A DNA stretch of 64,000 nt, taken from assembly GCA_037308085.1 (NCBI GenBank), contig CP147779.1, forward strand, positions 352,001-416,000. The letters run 5' to 3'. The notes below the pieces were generated by a model. It saw only the letters and a list, made by a program, of their open reading frames with translations. It ran no database searches and was not told the DNA's origin. A program made the translations under genes and the position numbers. This stretch comes from Promethearchaeati archaeon SRVP18_Atabeyarchaeia-1. Its GTDB lineage: Archaea > Asgardarchaeota > Atabeyarchaeia > Atabeyarchaeales > Atabeyarchaeaceae. How positions within the stretch are numbered: position 1 is the first letter of the stretch; each line of letters begins with the position of its first letter. This document shows positions 1 to 9,396 of this stretch, one piece after another.

Positions 1-955
1 CATCGAGATCGTAATTGACCAACGCATCAAGCCAATTCTCCTTGATGTACCTTCGGCAGATCAAGTCCAGCGAGTCCTTCATTGTTTCAGTCAGATCCTC
101 AAAGCTTATCTCCAGGTCCTCAGGTTCGAAAGACGAGTAAGGTACTTCGAATGTTTCGTCATACTCCTTGGAGGATGCTGGGTCAAGAGTCATGTAGACG
201 ACTCTGTCTTTGAAGAAGTGCTTGAGACCGGGGGAGCCGTCAGCTCTACTCCTCCAACCATACTCTGACTGCATGTCGAAGGCCAAAATGCATCCTTGCT
301 CCGAATCAACGACACACCCAGCTAGTAGCTTTGCTAGCCGGGTCTTGCCGTAGCCAGTTACCCCGGCAATCATGGCTGACAGTTCCATGAATTTCCCTAT
401 ATCAAGAGGCAACAACGAGTCTGTGCCAAGTAGAGTTCCGATTGAATATCTGATCTTTCTTTCAATTGGTCCATAAACTAGACTTATGTCTTTCGAGTTT
501 GCGCGATGGACCTCTGAAAAGTGCTTCGGAACGGTCACGGGCGGGGATATTTCAGAAGTCATCTTGTTGACCATTGACACTGGATTGGCGCTGATGTACG
601 AGAAGAATATTGAGCCGTATGGGTACTCGAAGGCTTCAAACGAAGAAGCTGCGGCATTGCCACTTTTCCTAGTCGCCGCCTCTCTGAACCCGGCGATTCG
701 GTCAACCAGACCTTGGTCAGTTGAAGATAGCACAATGTCATTGATTATTGAAAAGAAATCGTATCTCTCCCCTTCGCAGACAACAGGGATCCCTATTTTC
801 AGGTCCTCAGGTGAGACATTGTCATTGAGTCGGATCAAGAGTCCTTCAGTTGTGCTAGCCCCAACTACCCTACCAATACCATAATCAGACTCGTTTGGAG
901 CATCTACATTCCTTCTTCTGTTGTTGCCGCCTGACGAGGGCATCGTATTACTCAT
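1..955 (-). CDS. herA: HerA/FtsK-like ATPase with N-terminal HAS-barrel (runs off the window edge; not in ORF track)
   Basis: Manual minus-strand translation from ATG at 955 gives MSNTMPSSGG...GIGRVVGASTTEG..., Walker A AMIAGVTGYGKT (about 345-380) and CILAFDMQSEYGW (HerA FDxHGEY-like motif). Lies directly downstream of nurA. Confidence 0.85.
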   Translation of the reverse strand, partial: MSNTMPSSGGNNRRRNVDAPNESDYGIGRVVGASTTEGLLIRLNDNVSPEDLKIGIPVVCEGERYDFFSIINDIVLSSTDQGLVDRIAGFREAATRKSGNAAASSFEAFEYPYGSIFFSYISANPVSMVNKMTSEISPPVTVPKHFSEVHRANSKDISLVYGPIERKIRYSIGTLLGTDSLLPLDIGKFMELSAMIAGVTGYGKTRLAKLLAGCVVDSEQGCILAFDMQSEYGWRSRADGSPGLKHFFKDRVVYMTLDPASSKEYDETFEVPYSSFEPEDLEISFEDLTETMKDSLDLICRRYIKENWLDALVNYDLD

Positions 956-1024
956 TTAGACAATCCCCCATATTTCTTCCCTAAACCTTTGTCTGAAATC
1001 TGAATACCGTTAGACAAATCTAGG

Positions 1025-2233
1025 TTATGTTTTTACCGAACCTCTAACCAGCTGGGATCCTTTCCCTTTCCTTGAAATCCCGTCGAGTTGCGTGTGGAAA
1101 TCACTTCTAGTGGTTCCATAGATGGATGCCAGGTATGAAAGCGCTTCCTGATATGTAAAACCACTCCGTATTGCTGCCTGTAGGCAAATCGATTGAAGAG
1201 CAGGAAACATGTGCCTTAGCGTGACGGCAAGTTGGTGAGCTTCTGCGGACGGAAAAGGGTAGCCAAGACAAAGTTCATTTGACGTATAGTAGGCGATGCT
1301 CTTGATAATGCTTTCAGTGCTATGGCACCACGCCTTGGGGTTTACGGTTTTCTCATTGATGTCTATCCTGAACGGTTGGACAGCCAGGGGGTGCAACTTG
1401 GCATATCTCAATTTTACGTCCCCTGGAACCTCAATATACCAACAACCCTCGAGATTCTTCTTTCTTGCGATTTTTTCTGCATAGATCTCGTCGCGATACA
1501 TGCTGTTAAAGGAGGATTTTGAGGTGCCTTTCACAATGCCTACGAATGCGCTGGAATTACTAAAGCAGTTTCTAGCCGTGGCATCAATGTGTTCCTTGAA
1601 TGGAGCTTCACTTCTTCTGGCCAGGCCACCGTCGATGGCGATAATCGTGTTGCTGTGAACACTCGAGACCTTATCAGCCATCTCGAACTCCTTTGCTACC
1701 ATATACAGCTCGGCGGCAAAATCAGTTCTGTCCTTATTGACATATGAACGAGATGCTGTCTCACTCGACGAGTCCGGTTTGAGTTCAGCGTTTTTCCCAT
1801 GCCTTTCATCATTGTCGGGGGCGGTAATCCCCTTAGTCGTCTCCTCACCTGTCTCTATATCTATAAGGGATGAGGAAGATGAGGTGATGTGGAGGATTTG
1901 CCTCATGGTTCTGTCATCTATGTAGTCGGTGACAGATTCATCAAAGCTCAGAAGCGCTACTCGGTCATCACACACTTGGTTGATTATCTTGAAATCATTA
2001 CCGTAGGTTATCGCGGCGACTCTGACAGCGACAACTGATGTCGCCCCTAATCTCCAGAGAAAAATAAATGATCCATCGATGGCGGTGAAACTACTAGCCT
2101 GACTCGTTTCGGGGAACTCAAATTGGTTATACTGTATCTTCTCGATATCCTCTGTCATTCTGTCCTCTTGGCCAGCCATTGCAGTCTTAATCTTTCCAAA
2201 AATATCCACCAAACTCTCGACGTCTATGGGCAT
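1025..2233 (-). CDS. nurA: NurA-family 5'-3' nuclease
   Basis: AIDGS and AIDGGL acidic motifs, GIVKGT, and C-terminal GYPFPSAEAH; adjacent to herA. Confidence 0.8.
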   Translation of the reverse strand: MPIDVESLVDIFGKIKTAMAGQEDRMTEDIEKIQYNQFEFPETSQASSFTAIDGSFIFLWRLGATSVVAVRVAAITYGNDFKIINQVCDDRVALLSFDESVTDYIDDRTMRQILHITSSSSSLIDIETGEETTKGITAPDNDERHGKNAELKPDSSSETASRSYVNKDRTDFAAELYMVAKEFEMADKVSSVHSNTIIAIDGGLARRSEAPFKEHIDATARNCFSNSSAFVGIVKGTSKSSFNSMYRDEIYAEKIARKKNLEGCWYIEVPGDVKLRYAKLHPLAVQPFRIDINEKTVNPKAWCHSTESIIKSIAYYTSNELCLGYPFPSAEAHQLAVTLRHMFPALQSICLQAAIRSGFTYQEALSYLASIYGTTRSDFHTQLDGISRKGKGSQLVRGSVKT

Positions 2234-2414
2234 CTTGTGTTCACCCCAGAAAATACTGGTCCCTTGACCCGTACTTTCAAAGACCAGACAAGCATAGATC
2301 TATGAGATCCTAGGTGGACTGAGATATTTAAGCGTGCCAACCAGGAGATTACTGGATGACAGCGAAAAAGAAGGACGTGATCCGAGGGCAGCTTGCTCGG
2401 TTGGGAATTCTGGT

Positions 2415-3314
2415 TCAGGATTCCTTTGCGATTATCTCAGCTATTCCTCTTGCGACCACATCGATGATCTTTTCCCTATAGGCTGTGTCGATTGCGACTA
2501 GCCCATAGGACTTTACTCCAAGGATAGATTCTATCTCTTGGGGAGACAAGCGATTGGGCAGGTCTTGCTTATTTGCTATGCCGATTAGTGTTGCCTTCGG
2601 CTCAATAGTTTTCACAAGGTTCATAAGGTTCTTTGAACGCTCAACGTTTGTTCTTGAGGAATCTGTTACGAGCAAAACCAGCTTGGAGTTTCTCAGGAAG
2701 ATGGGCCAAGTCCTATGATACTGCTCTTGGCCTGCAAGGTCCCATACTCGGATTCTAGCATTCCTGATTAGTATGTCTTCTCTGTCAACGTTAGCGCCGA
2801 TTGTTGGGAAGTATGCTGCCGGCGCTGCAACTCCCTTTAGCAGTTTGAAAATGGTTGTCTTTCCCACCGCACCGTATCCGGCCAGAGTCAGCTTGATGAT
2901 TTGAGTTTCCTCTTCACCAGCCGAAGAGGATTTCCCTGAAGGCGCTTCGATGACGTCAACCTGCCTCTTCAGAACCCTATCGCCAATCTCCTCGAGCGAC
3001 TTATCGTCGGCTGCAATGCTCTTGACCGAGATTACGTCAGAACCGCTTGAACTACCCGAGCTCCCAGCTGATGCAGCATCTGAGGCGACGCGTCTGAAGT
3101 CACTGGGGCCAGTCGACACCCCTGCCTCTGAACCTGCAACCCCCAAACCCTCAATGCCTGATTGAATCTCTTTGAGCTCGGTACCAAGCTTCCTCAATGC
3201 ATCAATAAGTGAATCCACCAGAGCCTCTAATTGACCAGCTATCTTGGTTACGCGAGACATCAGCTTCTTGTCTGTGTTGCTCACTTCTACGAACCCCCAC
3301 CGCTCACTAGGCAC
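2415..3314 (-). CDS. Arf/Rab-like small GTPase with N-terminal coiled coil and Ser/Gly linker
   Basis: G1 GYGAVGKT, G2 PTIG, G3 WDLAGQ, G4 NKQD; heptad-like N-terminal helix of about 55 aa. Confidence 0.85.
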   Translation of the reverse strand: MPSERWGFVEVSNTDKKLMSRVTKIAGQLEALVDSLIDALRKLGTELKEIQSGIEGLGVAGSEAGVSTGPSDFRRVASDAASAGSSGSSSGSDVISVKSIAADDKSLEEIGDRVLKRQVDVIEAPSGKSSSAGEEETQIIKLTLAGYGAVGKTTIFKLLKGVAAPAAYFPTIGANVDREDILIRNARIRVWDLAGQEQYHRTWPIFLRNSKLVLLVTDSSRTNVERSKNLMNLVKTIEPKATLIGIANKQDLPNRLSPQEIESILGVKSYGLVAIDTAYREKIIDVVARGIAEIIAKES

Positions 3315-3488
3315 AGGGTTCCTCTGACCACTGCTTGAATATGCCAGCTACTGTCCAAAAGGCTAGCAGATGGCCCCTTGCCACATACTATTGAACCTAC
3401 CTATATTTATTAGCTTCCCGCCACCATCGCGCGACTTCCTTGTAATGGGCTAACTTCGCAACTTCTGGAAACTAACACTACAAGGTGC

Positions 3489-4388
3489 TCACTGATTGTC
3501 TCCTTGCTTGCTCTCCTTGTCATCTTTCCCAGTCAGGGAATGAGGGTAGGCATAAGTCTTCCACGGAGTCTGGCTTTGAATAAAAAGAAACTCTATTTCT
3601 GGAGCATCTATACCGAGCAGCTGCGCCAAGCGCCGCATGCCTAGTTCTTCTATAGCGTGCTGGTTTGCGTACACGTAGTTCATGCCCAGCTCAATCGACA
3701 GTGTCGCTACGTCCCGAGAAATACTTCCAGCTAGACACGTGTCAACGCCCTTGTTCTTGGAAAGCCGCAATAGATCAGCCACACCGTAGTCTCCGGCCAG
3801 CACCACCACCTTCTTGACTGAGGCGTGTAGGCTACCTGTGTAAGCAACATCGGTCGACCTAAGCCTCTCAACGACTCTTTCGATAAAATCAGATAGTTGG
3901 ACATCGTCGCCATCTTTTCTGCTTTCTTTCTCATGGTGTCCAGTGAAGTTGCAGACCCTGCCAATCGGAGTCTCCTTGCCCTCTTGCTCAAGGTTCAAAG
4001 GCTCGGTGACGGTAAGACCCAAGACATCTGCAAGCGTATCGTTCACCCCGCATTCTGCAGATAACCAGCTAGTATGAACGACATAGAGAAGTAACCTGTT
4101 CTCGATGAGCAGTCTGGCCTTCTCGAACAACTCATCCGTAATAGACGCCGTTGGATTCGACAAGATGCCGTGGTAGCAAAGCAGGATATTGGCTCCTCCA
4201 GAGACTGCCTTGAGAATCACCTGAGGGCCTGCATCAACGGCAATCGCGCACTTTCTAATTCGCGTTTTATCTTGGATCGCTGGGTCACGTGGACCCACCT
4301 GAATGCCGACGAGATCCCCTAGTAGGGCTAGCCTCGGCGGGCAGAATTTCTCGACGCAACTAATGAATTGTCTTAGATTCATGGCCAT
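3489..4388 (-). CDS. Nif3-like dinuclear metal-centre protein
   Basis: P..LA..GD..G.QVG N-terminus, YHG, HT..W.SA..GVND motifs; start moved to ATG 4388. Confidence 0.8.
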   Translation of the reverse strand: MAMNLRQFISCVEKFCPPRLALLGDLVGIQVGPRDPAIQDKTRIRKCAIAVDAGPQVILKAVSGGANILLCYHGILSNPTASITDELFEKARLLIENRLLLYVVHTSWLSAECGVNDTLADVLGLTVTEPLNLEQEGKETPIGRVCNFTGHHEKESRKDGDDVQLSDFIERVVERLRSTDVAYTGSLHASVKKVVVLAGDYGVADLLRLSKNKGVDTCLAGSISRDVATLSIELGMNYVYANQHAIEELGMRRLAQLLGIDAPEIEFLFIQSQTPWKTYAYPHSLTGKDDKESKQGDNQ

Positions 4389-4607
4389 GTGTAGAAGGTA
4401 CCACGCAGATCTTATAATATCACCGTTTGATTCCGGCCTGAAAATCAACCGCAGCAAACAGCTAGGCAAACAACCGCGCGGACCAAGACTGATTGTAGCT
4501 CGCTATTCGGGAAAGAAAGATTTCGGATCATTGGAGAGCAGTCGAGAAGAACTTTGCGAAGGATAATCTATCCTGCTGTCTTCTTCCAACCCGTAATCAG
4601 GTGGAGG

Positions 4608-4749
4608 TGCGGCGCTCGGGATTTTCACCCTGGAGAGCTGGCATTCCAGCATGGGGATTTGAACCCGAGTATCCACCCTCGACCAGCGTTAAAGCCGAGG
4701 TTTGAGGCTTGGAAGGCCTCAGTCCTAGACCAGACTAGACCAGCGCCGC
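4608..4749 (-). tRNA. tRNA-Gly(TCC) with two BHB introns (45/46: 4671-4701; 59/60: 4622-4657)
   Basis: Removing both introns gives a 75-nt cloverleaf: acceptor GCGGCGC/GCGCCGC, anticodon arm GAGGC-CT TCC AA-GCCTC, T arm TCGGG-TTCAAAT-CCCGA. Confidence 0.93.
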
Positions 4750-4884
4750 AAAGCTCACAGTTATTGAACTCTCTTCATGTTTTTGCTTCTTAAGTTTTTC
4801 TCTGATCCCTAGATTGTTCGCCCCTATCCTAAAGTTGTGACGCTCTGGTCGATAGCGAAAAGAAAGAACTAAGAAGTAAGTAGA

Positions 4885-5051
4885 TGGTGCGCCGACCGGG
4901 ACTTTCATTCCGCATGGCAGTCCCCATGCCGGTTTTTGAACCCGGGTTGTGCCGACATGCTGATCTTCCTGGGAGATCAGTGTTATCGGCGTGGCAGGCC
5001 AATGTCTTAGACCATTCCAGATCCCTAATTGGTTGACTGGACCATCGGCGC
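4885..5051 (-). tRNA. tRNA-Gly(GCC) with three BHB introns (17/17a: 5015-5034; 44/45: 4949-4984; 59/60: 4902-4934), CCA encoded
   Basis: Spliced product of 78 nt: GCGCCGA/TCGGCGC acceptor, TTGGC-CT GCC AC-GCCGA, CCGGG-TTCAAAT-CCCGG. Central helices CCAG/CTGG, GCCG/CGGC and TTCA/TGAA each flanked by 3-nt bulges. Confidence 0.93.
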
Positions 5052-5145
5052 ACGCACTTCCTATTGGAGGAAGAATTCTAGTTAAGAATTATTTAAATGC
5101 TTTGTATCAAAAGTCTATGTGTATCCGTATCGTCCAAAGTAATAA

Positions 5146-6108
5146 GTGATTATCATGGCTGACGCAACTCCGAGGGAGTTGGCCCAGAAGTTCGGCTACT
5201 CTACTTACCTCGTCGAACGGTATGTCGAATTATTCGGTTTGGATAATACCCTAAGGCTTCTCGAAGCTAATGAGATGGGATTGAAGAGATGCATTAGGAT
5301 AAACACACTTCGCGTGCAAACCGACAATCTGCTACAGAGGTTGGAGCGCAAGGGTTTTAAACTTGGGAGAATAGGATGGGTTCCTTATGGTTTTCGCGTT
5401 CTCGAAGAAAGGTTCCCGCTTGGATCGACTCCTGAATTCATGATGGGGTACTACTACGTCCAAGATGCTGCTTCTATGCTTCCCGCTTATGTCCTGGCGC
5501 CTGGGCCAAATGATTGCGTCGTTGATTTGGGCGCGGCCCCTGGTGGCAAAACCACCCAACTTGCGCAGATCATGGGGAACAGGGGAGTCATCGTTGCAGT
5601 CGATCTCAGCCGTGAGAGGATGAAGTCTCTCCGGTCAAACCTTTCAAGGTGTGGGGTTGCCAACGTCATCGCTTACAGAATGGATGGAAAGGATTTGCCA
5701 AGCCTAGATCTGACAATTAACAAGATTCTTCTTGACGCCCCCTGCTCTTGCGATGGCGTAATCCCCGTCGATCCCTCAAGAAAGAAGAGCAGAACCATCG
5801 AGGACATAAAATTCTGTTCTATGATACAGAGAAAACTTGTCGTTAGTGCCATTAGAAGCCTTCAACCTAAGGGAGAGATGGTTTATTCTACTTGCAGCAC
5901 TGCACCTGAGGAGAACGAGTTTATCATTGCAGACGCAATACGTGAATTTGACGTCGAAGTGATGGATACTGGTCTGGACTTCGGAGATGAAGGACTTCGG
6001 GAGGCGTTTGGAGTGAAACTTCCAGACGAGCTACGACTGGCCAGGCGGTTCTATCCACATAAACATGGAGTTGAAGGTTTTTTCCTCTGTAAACTAAGGA
6101 AGAGGTAA
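5146..6108 (+). CDS. RsmB/NOP2-family RNA m5C methyltransferase
   Basis: QDAASM, DLGAAPGGKT, LLDAPCS and YSTCS..PEENE motifs. Confidence 0.92.
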   Translation: MIIMADATPRELAQKFGYSTYLVERYVELFGLDNTLRLLEANEMGLKRCIRINTLRVQTDNLLQRLERKGFKLGRIGWVPYGFRVLEERFPLGSTPEFMMGYYYVQDAASMLPAYVLAPGPNDCVVDLGAAPGGKTTQLAQIMGNRGVIVAVDLSRERMKSLRSNLSRCGVANVIAYRMDGKDLPSLDLTINKILLDAPCSCDGVIPVDPSRKKSRTIEDIKFCSMIQRKLVVSAIRSLQPKGEMVYSTCSTAPEENEFIIADAIREFDVEVMDTGLDFGDEGLREAFGVKLPDELRLARRFYPHKHGVEGFFLCKLRKR

Positions 6109-6117
6109 GGCAATAGA

Positions 6118-6666
6118 ATGTCGGCCATAGAATTCGGATCGATCTCAGTAGATGAGAGAGCAACTATAATGGAGAGCATTGATACCCTCCTGGGCAAAGA
6201 TGTAGCTTCGAACGTCATTGGTCGGCTCGAGATCGTAGTCGCCCGAGGTAAGCGAACCGAGCTCTTCCTTGTGCCCGCGGAAGTTATGAATGTCTTCAAG
6301 AGAACGCGGAACAGACGTAATCCCTACTGCCTGGGCATCTATCTCGGGGATCTCAAGAATGATGATCTATTGCTAAGCATTGAAGGAATCACATTATGTT
6401 CACCTTACACCGAGAAGAAGGTCAAAGTCTCAGACAAAGGCGAACAATCTGTCCTATATGGAAGGGACATCTCGCGTGCCCTAGTTGATGATTACCCCAG
6501 TTCTATCACGAAAGGAGATAGAGTTGTAGTGGTCAACAGGCTTGGGGAGCCATTGGCTCTTGGGAAGGCGCTCATAGATGGCGATAAGTTCAGGAATAGT
6601 GACGTGAGCCTCTGCGTGTTAGAGAATATTCTTGATAGAGGTTGGTATCTCAGAAAAGGCAAGTAA
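6118..6666 (+). CDS. NIP7-like PUA-domain ribosome biogenesis protein
   Basis: LYGRDI, GD.VVV.N..GE.LALG and C-terminal DRGWYLRKG; follows the NOP2 gene as usual. Confidence 0.8.
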   Translation: MSAIEFGSISVDERATIMESIDTLLGKDVASNVIGRLEIVVARGKRTELFLVPAEVMNVFKRTRNRRNPYCLGIYLGDLKNDDLLLSIEGITLCSPYTEKKVKVSDKGEQSVLYGRDISRALVDDYPSSITKGDRVVVVNRLGEPLALGKALIDGDKFRNSDVSLCVLENILDRGWYLRKGK

Positions 6667-6807
6667 TGGGGGTCTCAACGAGGCTTCCTCCTTGTTCCCC
6701 AGAAGACTAAGTGAGAGGTTTGCGTGACACTACATTTAAATTCAAGTAGGGTGACGAGTGTTCTCCACCTAATCAGCACATGCTTCAAAGACTTGGTGAT
6801 CAGGCTC

Positions 6808-7560
6808 TTGGTAAAGCAACAGACTGACTCTGGAAGCGAATCTGCAGCAGAGCGGAACGACGCCATAAAGGTAGGCGACTTTTTGCTTGTCGATTACATT
6901 GGGAGAGTCAAGGACACTGGAAACCTCTTCGACTTGACTGTTGAAGAAGTTGCTAAGAAAGAGAAGGTATACCGCGAGGACGAAGCTTACGGACCTAGGC
7001 TCATAGTAATCGGCGAGGGGCTAATGCTCAAAGGCTTTGACGACGCGGTAACTTCGATGAAAGTCGGTGAAAGCAAGACGATCGAGTTACCACCCGAAAA
7101 GGCATTCGGTCTAAGAGATTCGAGCAAGGTAAAGGTTTACCCAGTTTCGGCTTTCAAAAAGAGTGACGTCAGACCGTATGTGGGTGCAAGAGTCACAGTC
7201 GAAGGTAAGACGGGATTTGTTCAAAGCGCTGGGGGTGGCAGAGTTAGAGTCGACTTCAATCCCGTACTTGCTGGGAAGACACTTGTATATGAAATCACGG
7301 TCAGGAAGAAGATCCTAGACGAAAATGAGAAGCTTAATGAGCTAATCAAGCGCCGAATCAGAGGCGCTGAGACCTCCAAGTTCCAGATGAATAAGGAAGG
7401 CGAAATCGTTTCAGTTATCATGCCCAAGGAGACATATCTCGTTGATGGAGTTCAACTAGCCAAAACTATGATCGGTAGAGACATATTGAAGAACATTGAA
7501 GGCGTGAATTCGGTCAGATTCATTGAGGTTTTTGACAAGGAGACATTCAAGCTCAAGTAG
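6808..7560 (+). CDS. Long-type FKBP peptidyl-prolyl isomerase (SlyD-like)
   Basis: GDFLLVDY.G, LFD.T, PPEKAFG and VDFNP.LAGKTL motifs; TTG start at 6808 after a GGTGA SD. Confidence 0.9.
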   Translation: MVKQQTDSGSESAAERNDAIKVGDFLLVDYIGRVKDTGNLFDLTVEEVAKKEKVYREDEAYGPRLIVIGEGLMLKGFDDAVTSMKVGESKTIELPPEKAFGLRDSSKVKVYPVSAFKKSDVRPYVGARVTVEGKTGFVQSAGGGRVRVDFNPVLAGKTLVYEITVRKKILDENEKLNELIKRRIRGAETSKFQMNKEGEIVSVIMPKETYLVDGVQLAKTMIGRDILKNIEGVNSVRFIEVFDKETFKLK

Positions 7561-8002
7561 CTGTAACTCTTCTCAGTTTACATAGGGTGAGTTGCTCATT
7601 ATTCTCACACTTACCTGACAGCCTCTCAACAACCTCTTCGATCCTACATTTGTCGCCCTCATGGAGCCCGAGCGGGTTGCAGTCTTTTGCCTTGTCGCAT
7701 TCAAGGTGAGCGCATTTCTTCGGCTTGTAGGTTATTGAGGAGCCAGGAAAACATGACCTCGAATCCAGTAGAGCCAAGATCGGCGCTTCCTTCACCTCGA
7801 CCAGCGTAACTCCTCCTTCATGAAGGTCACATTGATGAACAATGCCCCTCGACTTTGTCACTTCGTAGACTCTGCCCGGTTCGAGTTTCTGGCATACCTT
7901 GATGAGTTTGCACTCCATGCAGTTTTCGACAACCCCACAGTGCAAGAAGATCGATCCGGTCTTAGCTTGTTTTGTTCCTACCAATGTCAATATTGTGGAC
8001 AT
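7553..8002 (-). CDS. UPF0179-family protein
   Basis: ITLVG..AK.G..F, CxxCxxxxxC, LEPGRVYEV and C.LHEGGV motifs. Confidence 0.8.
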   Translation of the reverse strand: MSTILTLVGTKQAKTGSIFLHCGVVENCMECKLIKVCQKLEPGRVYEVTKSRGIVHQCDLHEGGVTLVEVKEAPILALLDSRSCFPGSSITYKPKKCAHLECDKAKDCNPLGLHEGDKCRIEEVVERLSGKCENNEQLTLCKLRRVTAT

Positions 8003-8086
8003 CTGGGGATCGTCTCCAAACTAGATTCTTCTGTTCGACGCCAATCGCGGAGAAACAGTTGCAGGTTCGGGCTCATTGCCCATCTT

Positions 8087-9139
8087 TCAGATCACGCCAG
8101 TGTGCTCTGCAAGTCTCCTGGCCGCCTCTTTGCTCAACCCCTTTTCGCCTAGGATTGTGTATCGCTCAGGTCTTGTCGTGTGAGCTATGTGCAGAGCCTC
8201 GATTACTACTTCGTCGTCGATTCCGAGTTCAGCGGCGGTTGTTGGCGCTCCTATGGTTTTGAGTGCCTGTCTTATCTTCATCCAGTCTCCGTCATGTAAG
8301 TGCTCCATCATAATCGTCCCGACACCGCATTGCGCGCCGTGGAGCGCCGGCTTCGGTGCTATTCGATCCAGTGCATGGCTAAACATGTGTTCCGACCCGC
8401 TAGCGGGTCTACTGCTGCCAGCTATGCACATCGATATTCCGCTTGAGATCAATGCCTCTAAGAGTAGCCTGAGAGCTGATTCAGTCCTCCCCTTGATCAA
8501 AAGAGTGTTTCTCATGACGACCGCGGCGCTTAGTTTTGCGATTGAAGCGGCATACTCCCCATAGTATTCGTTATGAAGCTTGTAGGAGAGCTTCCAGTCT
8601 TTGACAGCAGTCCAGTTGGCAATCGCGTCTCCACATCCAGCAACCAGTAGCTCGTCAGGGGCATGCATTATCACGTCGGTGTCTGCGATCACCGCCATCG
8701 GCGCTTGCGCTTTCACGGAATGAGGCTCGTCGATTCCTCTGACTGATGCTTGAGGCGATGCAATGCCGTCATGAGATGCGGTGGTCGGGATACTCACGAA
8801 CGGTATGTGCTCATTGAATGAAGACAGCTTAGCTATGTCTATGCTTCTTCCTCCGCCTACACCGAGAGCTACCGTTGCCCCCAATTCACGAATCTTCGTC
8901 TGAGCCTTGTCCACATTAGCGAGATCAGCCGCCTCAATTATGAAGACACTTACCTCATAGCCTTCATCATTAAGGGAATCTCCAACACTTCCTCCAGCGA
9001 CTTTCACGGTCGTCTTGTCAGCCACCAACAACGCCGGACCACTCAAGCCAAGCTCTTTGCAGAGCTTTCCCGCTGAAACCAGTACATTCTGGCCAATCAC
9101 TATGTGTCTCGGCAATTGTATTTGGTGAAAAGGAAGCAT
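8087..9139 (-). CDS. egsA: sn-glycerol-1-phosphate dehydrogenase
   Basis: GGGRSID, PTTASHDGIAS, SSRPASGSEH and LHG.QCG motifs. Confidence 0.95.
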   Translation of the reverse strand: MLPFHQIQLPRHIVIGQNVLVSAGKLCKELGLSGPALLVADKTTVKVAGGSVGDSLNDEGYEVSVFIIEAADLANVDKAQTKIRELGATVALGVGGGRSIDIAKLSSFNEHIPFVSIPTTASHDGIASPQASVRGIDEPHSVKAQAPMAVIADTDVIMHAPDELLVAGCGDAIANWTAVKDWKLSYKLHNEYYGEYAASIAKLSAAVVMRNTLLIKGRTESALRLLLEALISSGISMCIAGSSRPASGSEHMFSHALDRIAPKPALHGAQCGVGTIMMEHLHDGDWMKIRQALKTIGAPTTAAELGIDDEVVIEALHIAHTTRPERYTILGEKGLSKEAARRLAEHTGVI

Positions 9140-9396
9140 TCTCTGCCTTATCCTCCCTTACGGCGCCGACCTTGAAACTAAGATATGGTATTAGGCGTTG
9201 ATCCATCTATTAAGTAGTTCTATTTGACATCCTGTGCCACCATTCAACGACCGAATCACGCGACGAATTCGGTGCGAGAGAAAGCGAACTTCACTTCCTC
9301 TGCACGAAATACTTAAATATCGGTTATCTTTCATCTCAAAACATCTTCTGTATATTCTGCGTACTTCTACTTCACAAACTTTTCTCTCGTTTTGGA

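Noticed and set aside
486-884. 132-aa plus-strand ORF
   Set aside because: Antisense shadow of herA, which occupies the minus strand.
4554-5053. Short ORFs 4554-4793 and 4829-5053 (likewise 13841-14098 and 15186-15371)
   Set aside because: They overlap intron-containing tRNA genes and have no protein motifs.
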